A stretch of 64,000 nt of DNA from Yuukianura sp. NJ FZ-2021 (Eukaryota), in assembly GCA_046563655.1 (NCBI GenBank), contig CM102290.1:15128001-15192000 (forward strand), in the 5' to 3' direction. Each line of letters starts with the position of its first letter. Within the stretch, counting starts at the first letter, position 1. A model generated the notes under the pieces. The model searched no databases, had not been told where the DNA came from, and saw only the letters and a list, made by a program, of their open reading frames with translations. Made by a program: the position numbers and the translations under genes. This document shows positions 63,080-64,000 of this stretch, piece by piece.

Positions 63080-64000
63080 TCATATGAATCTCATACGAAT
63101 GTCATACGAATCTCATACGAATCTCATACGAATGTCATACGAATCTCATACGAATCTCCTACGAATGTTATACGAATGTCATACGAATCCCATATGAATG
63201 TCGTATGAATCTCATACGAATGTCATACGAATCTCATACGAATCTCATACGAATCTCATACGAATCTCATACGAATGTCACACGAATCTCATACGAATCT
63301 CATACGAATCTCATACGAATCTCATATGAATCTCATACGAATCTCATACGAATCTCATACGAATCTCATATGAATCTCATATGAATGTCATACGAATCTC
63401 ATATGAATGTCATATGAATGGCATACGAATGTCATACGAATCTCATACGAATCTCATATGAATGTCATATGAATGTCATATGAATGGCATACGAATCTCA
63501 TACGAATGTCATATGAATGTCATATGAATGGCATACGAATGTCATATGAATCTCATACGAATCTCATATGAATGTCATATGAACGGCATACGAATGTCAT
63601 ATGAATGTCATATGAATGGCATACGAATGTCATATGAATCTCATACGAATCTCATATGAATGTCATATGAATGGCATACGAATGTCATATGAATCTCATA
63701 CGAATGTCATATGAATGGCATACGAATGTCATATGAATCTCATACGAATGTCATATGAATGGCATACGAATGTCATATGAATCTCATACGAATCTCATAT
63801 GAATGTCATATGAATGGCATACGAATGTCATATGAATCTCATACGAATGTCATATGAATGGCATACGAATGTCATATGAATCTCATACGAATGTCATATG
63901 AATGGCATACGAATGTCATATGAATCTCATACGAATCTCATATGAATGTCATATGAATGTCATATGAATGTCATATGAATGTCATATGAATGTCATATGA
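63080..64000. repeat. 11-bp satellite running off the window end
   Basis: GAAT(C/G)(T/G)CATA(C/T) with period 11, more than 80 copies. Confidence 0.97.

Overview
Eukaryotic, gene-dense window from a compact arthropod (probably pancrustacean) genome with mostly 50-80 nt GT-AG introns; the taxon is inferred from the neuropeptides only. I reconstructed twelve spliced genes by hand: DENND10/FAM45A (3' part), cathepsin D, a 133-aa prothymosin-like acidic protein, diuretic hormone 31 (DH31), allatostatin A (AstA), HINT3, MICAL, RPRD1-like, a sushi-domain serine protease, FRG1, a divergent tetraspanin and liprin-alpha, plus CTR9 as a thirteenth. Several MITEs and at least seven tandem-repeat arrays are interspersed. 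The most notable observations are: a head-to-head DH31/AstA neuropeptide pair with mirror-image CRE+TATA promoters; a ModSP-like protease without LDLa repeats and with a Gly/Tyr/His/Asn-rich N-terminus; a MICAL apparently ending before its bMERB domain; an invertebrate prothymosin-like gene; a probable alternative liprin-alpha N-terminal exon; and a 45-bp double-hairpin minisatellite inside a LINE-ORF1-like relic. I found no CRISPR, rRNA or tRNA. All homology calls come from motif recognition by eye, not database searches. CDS spans include introns.
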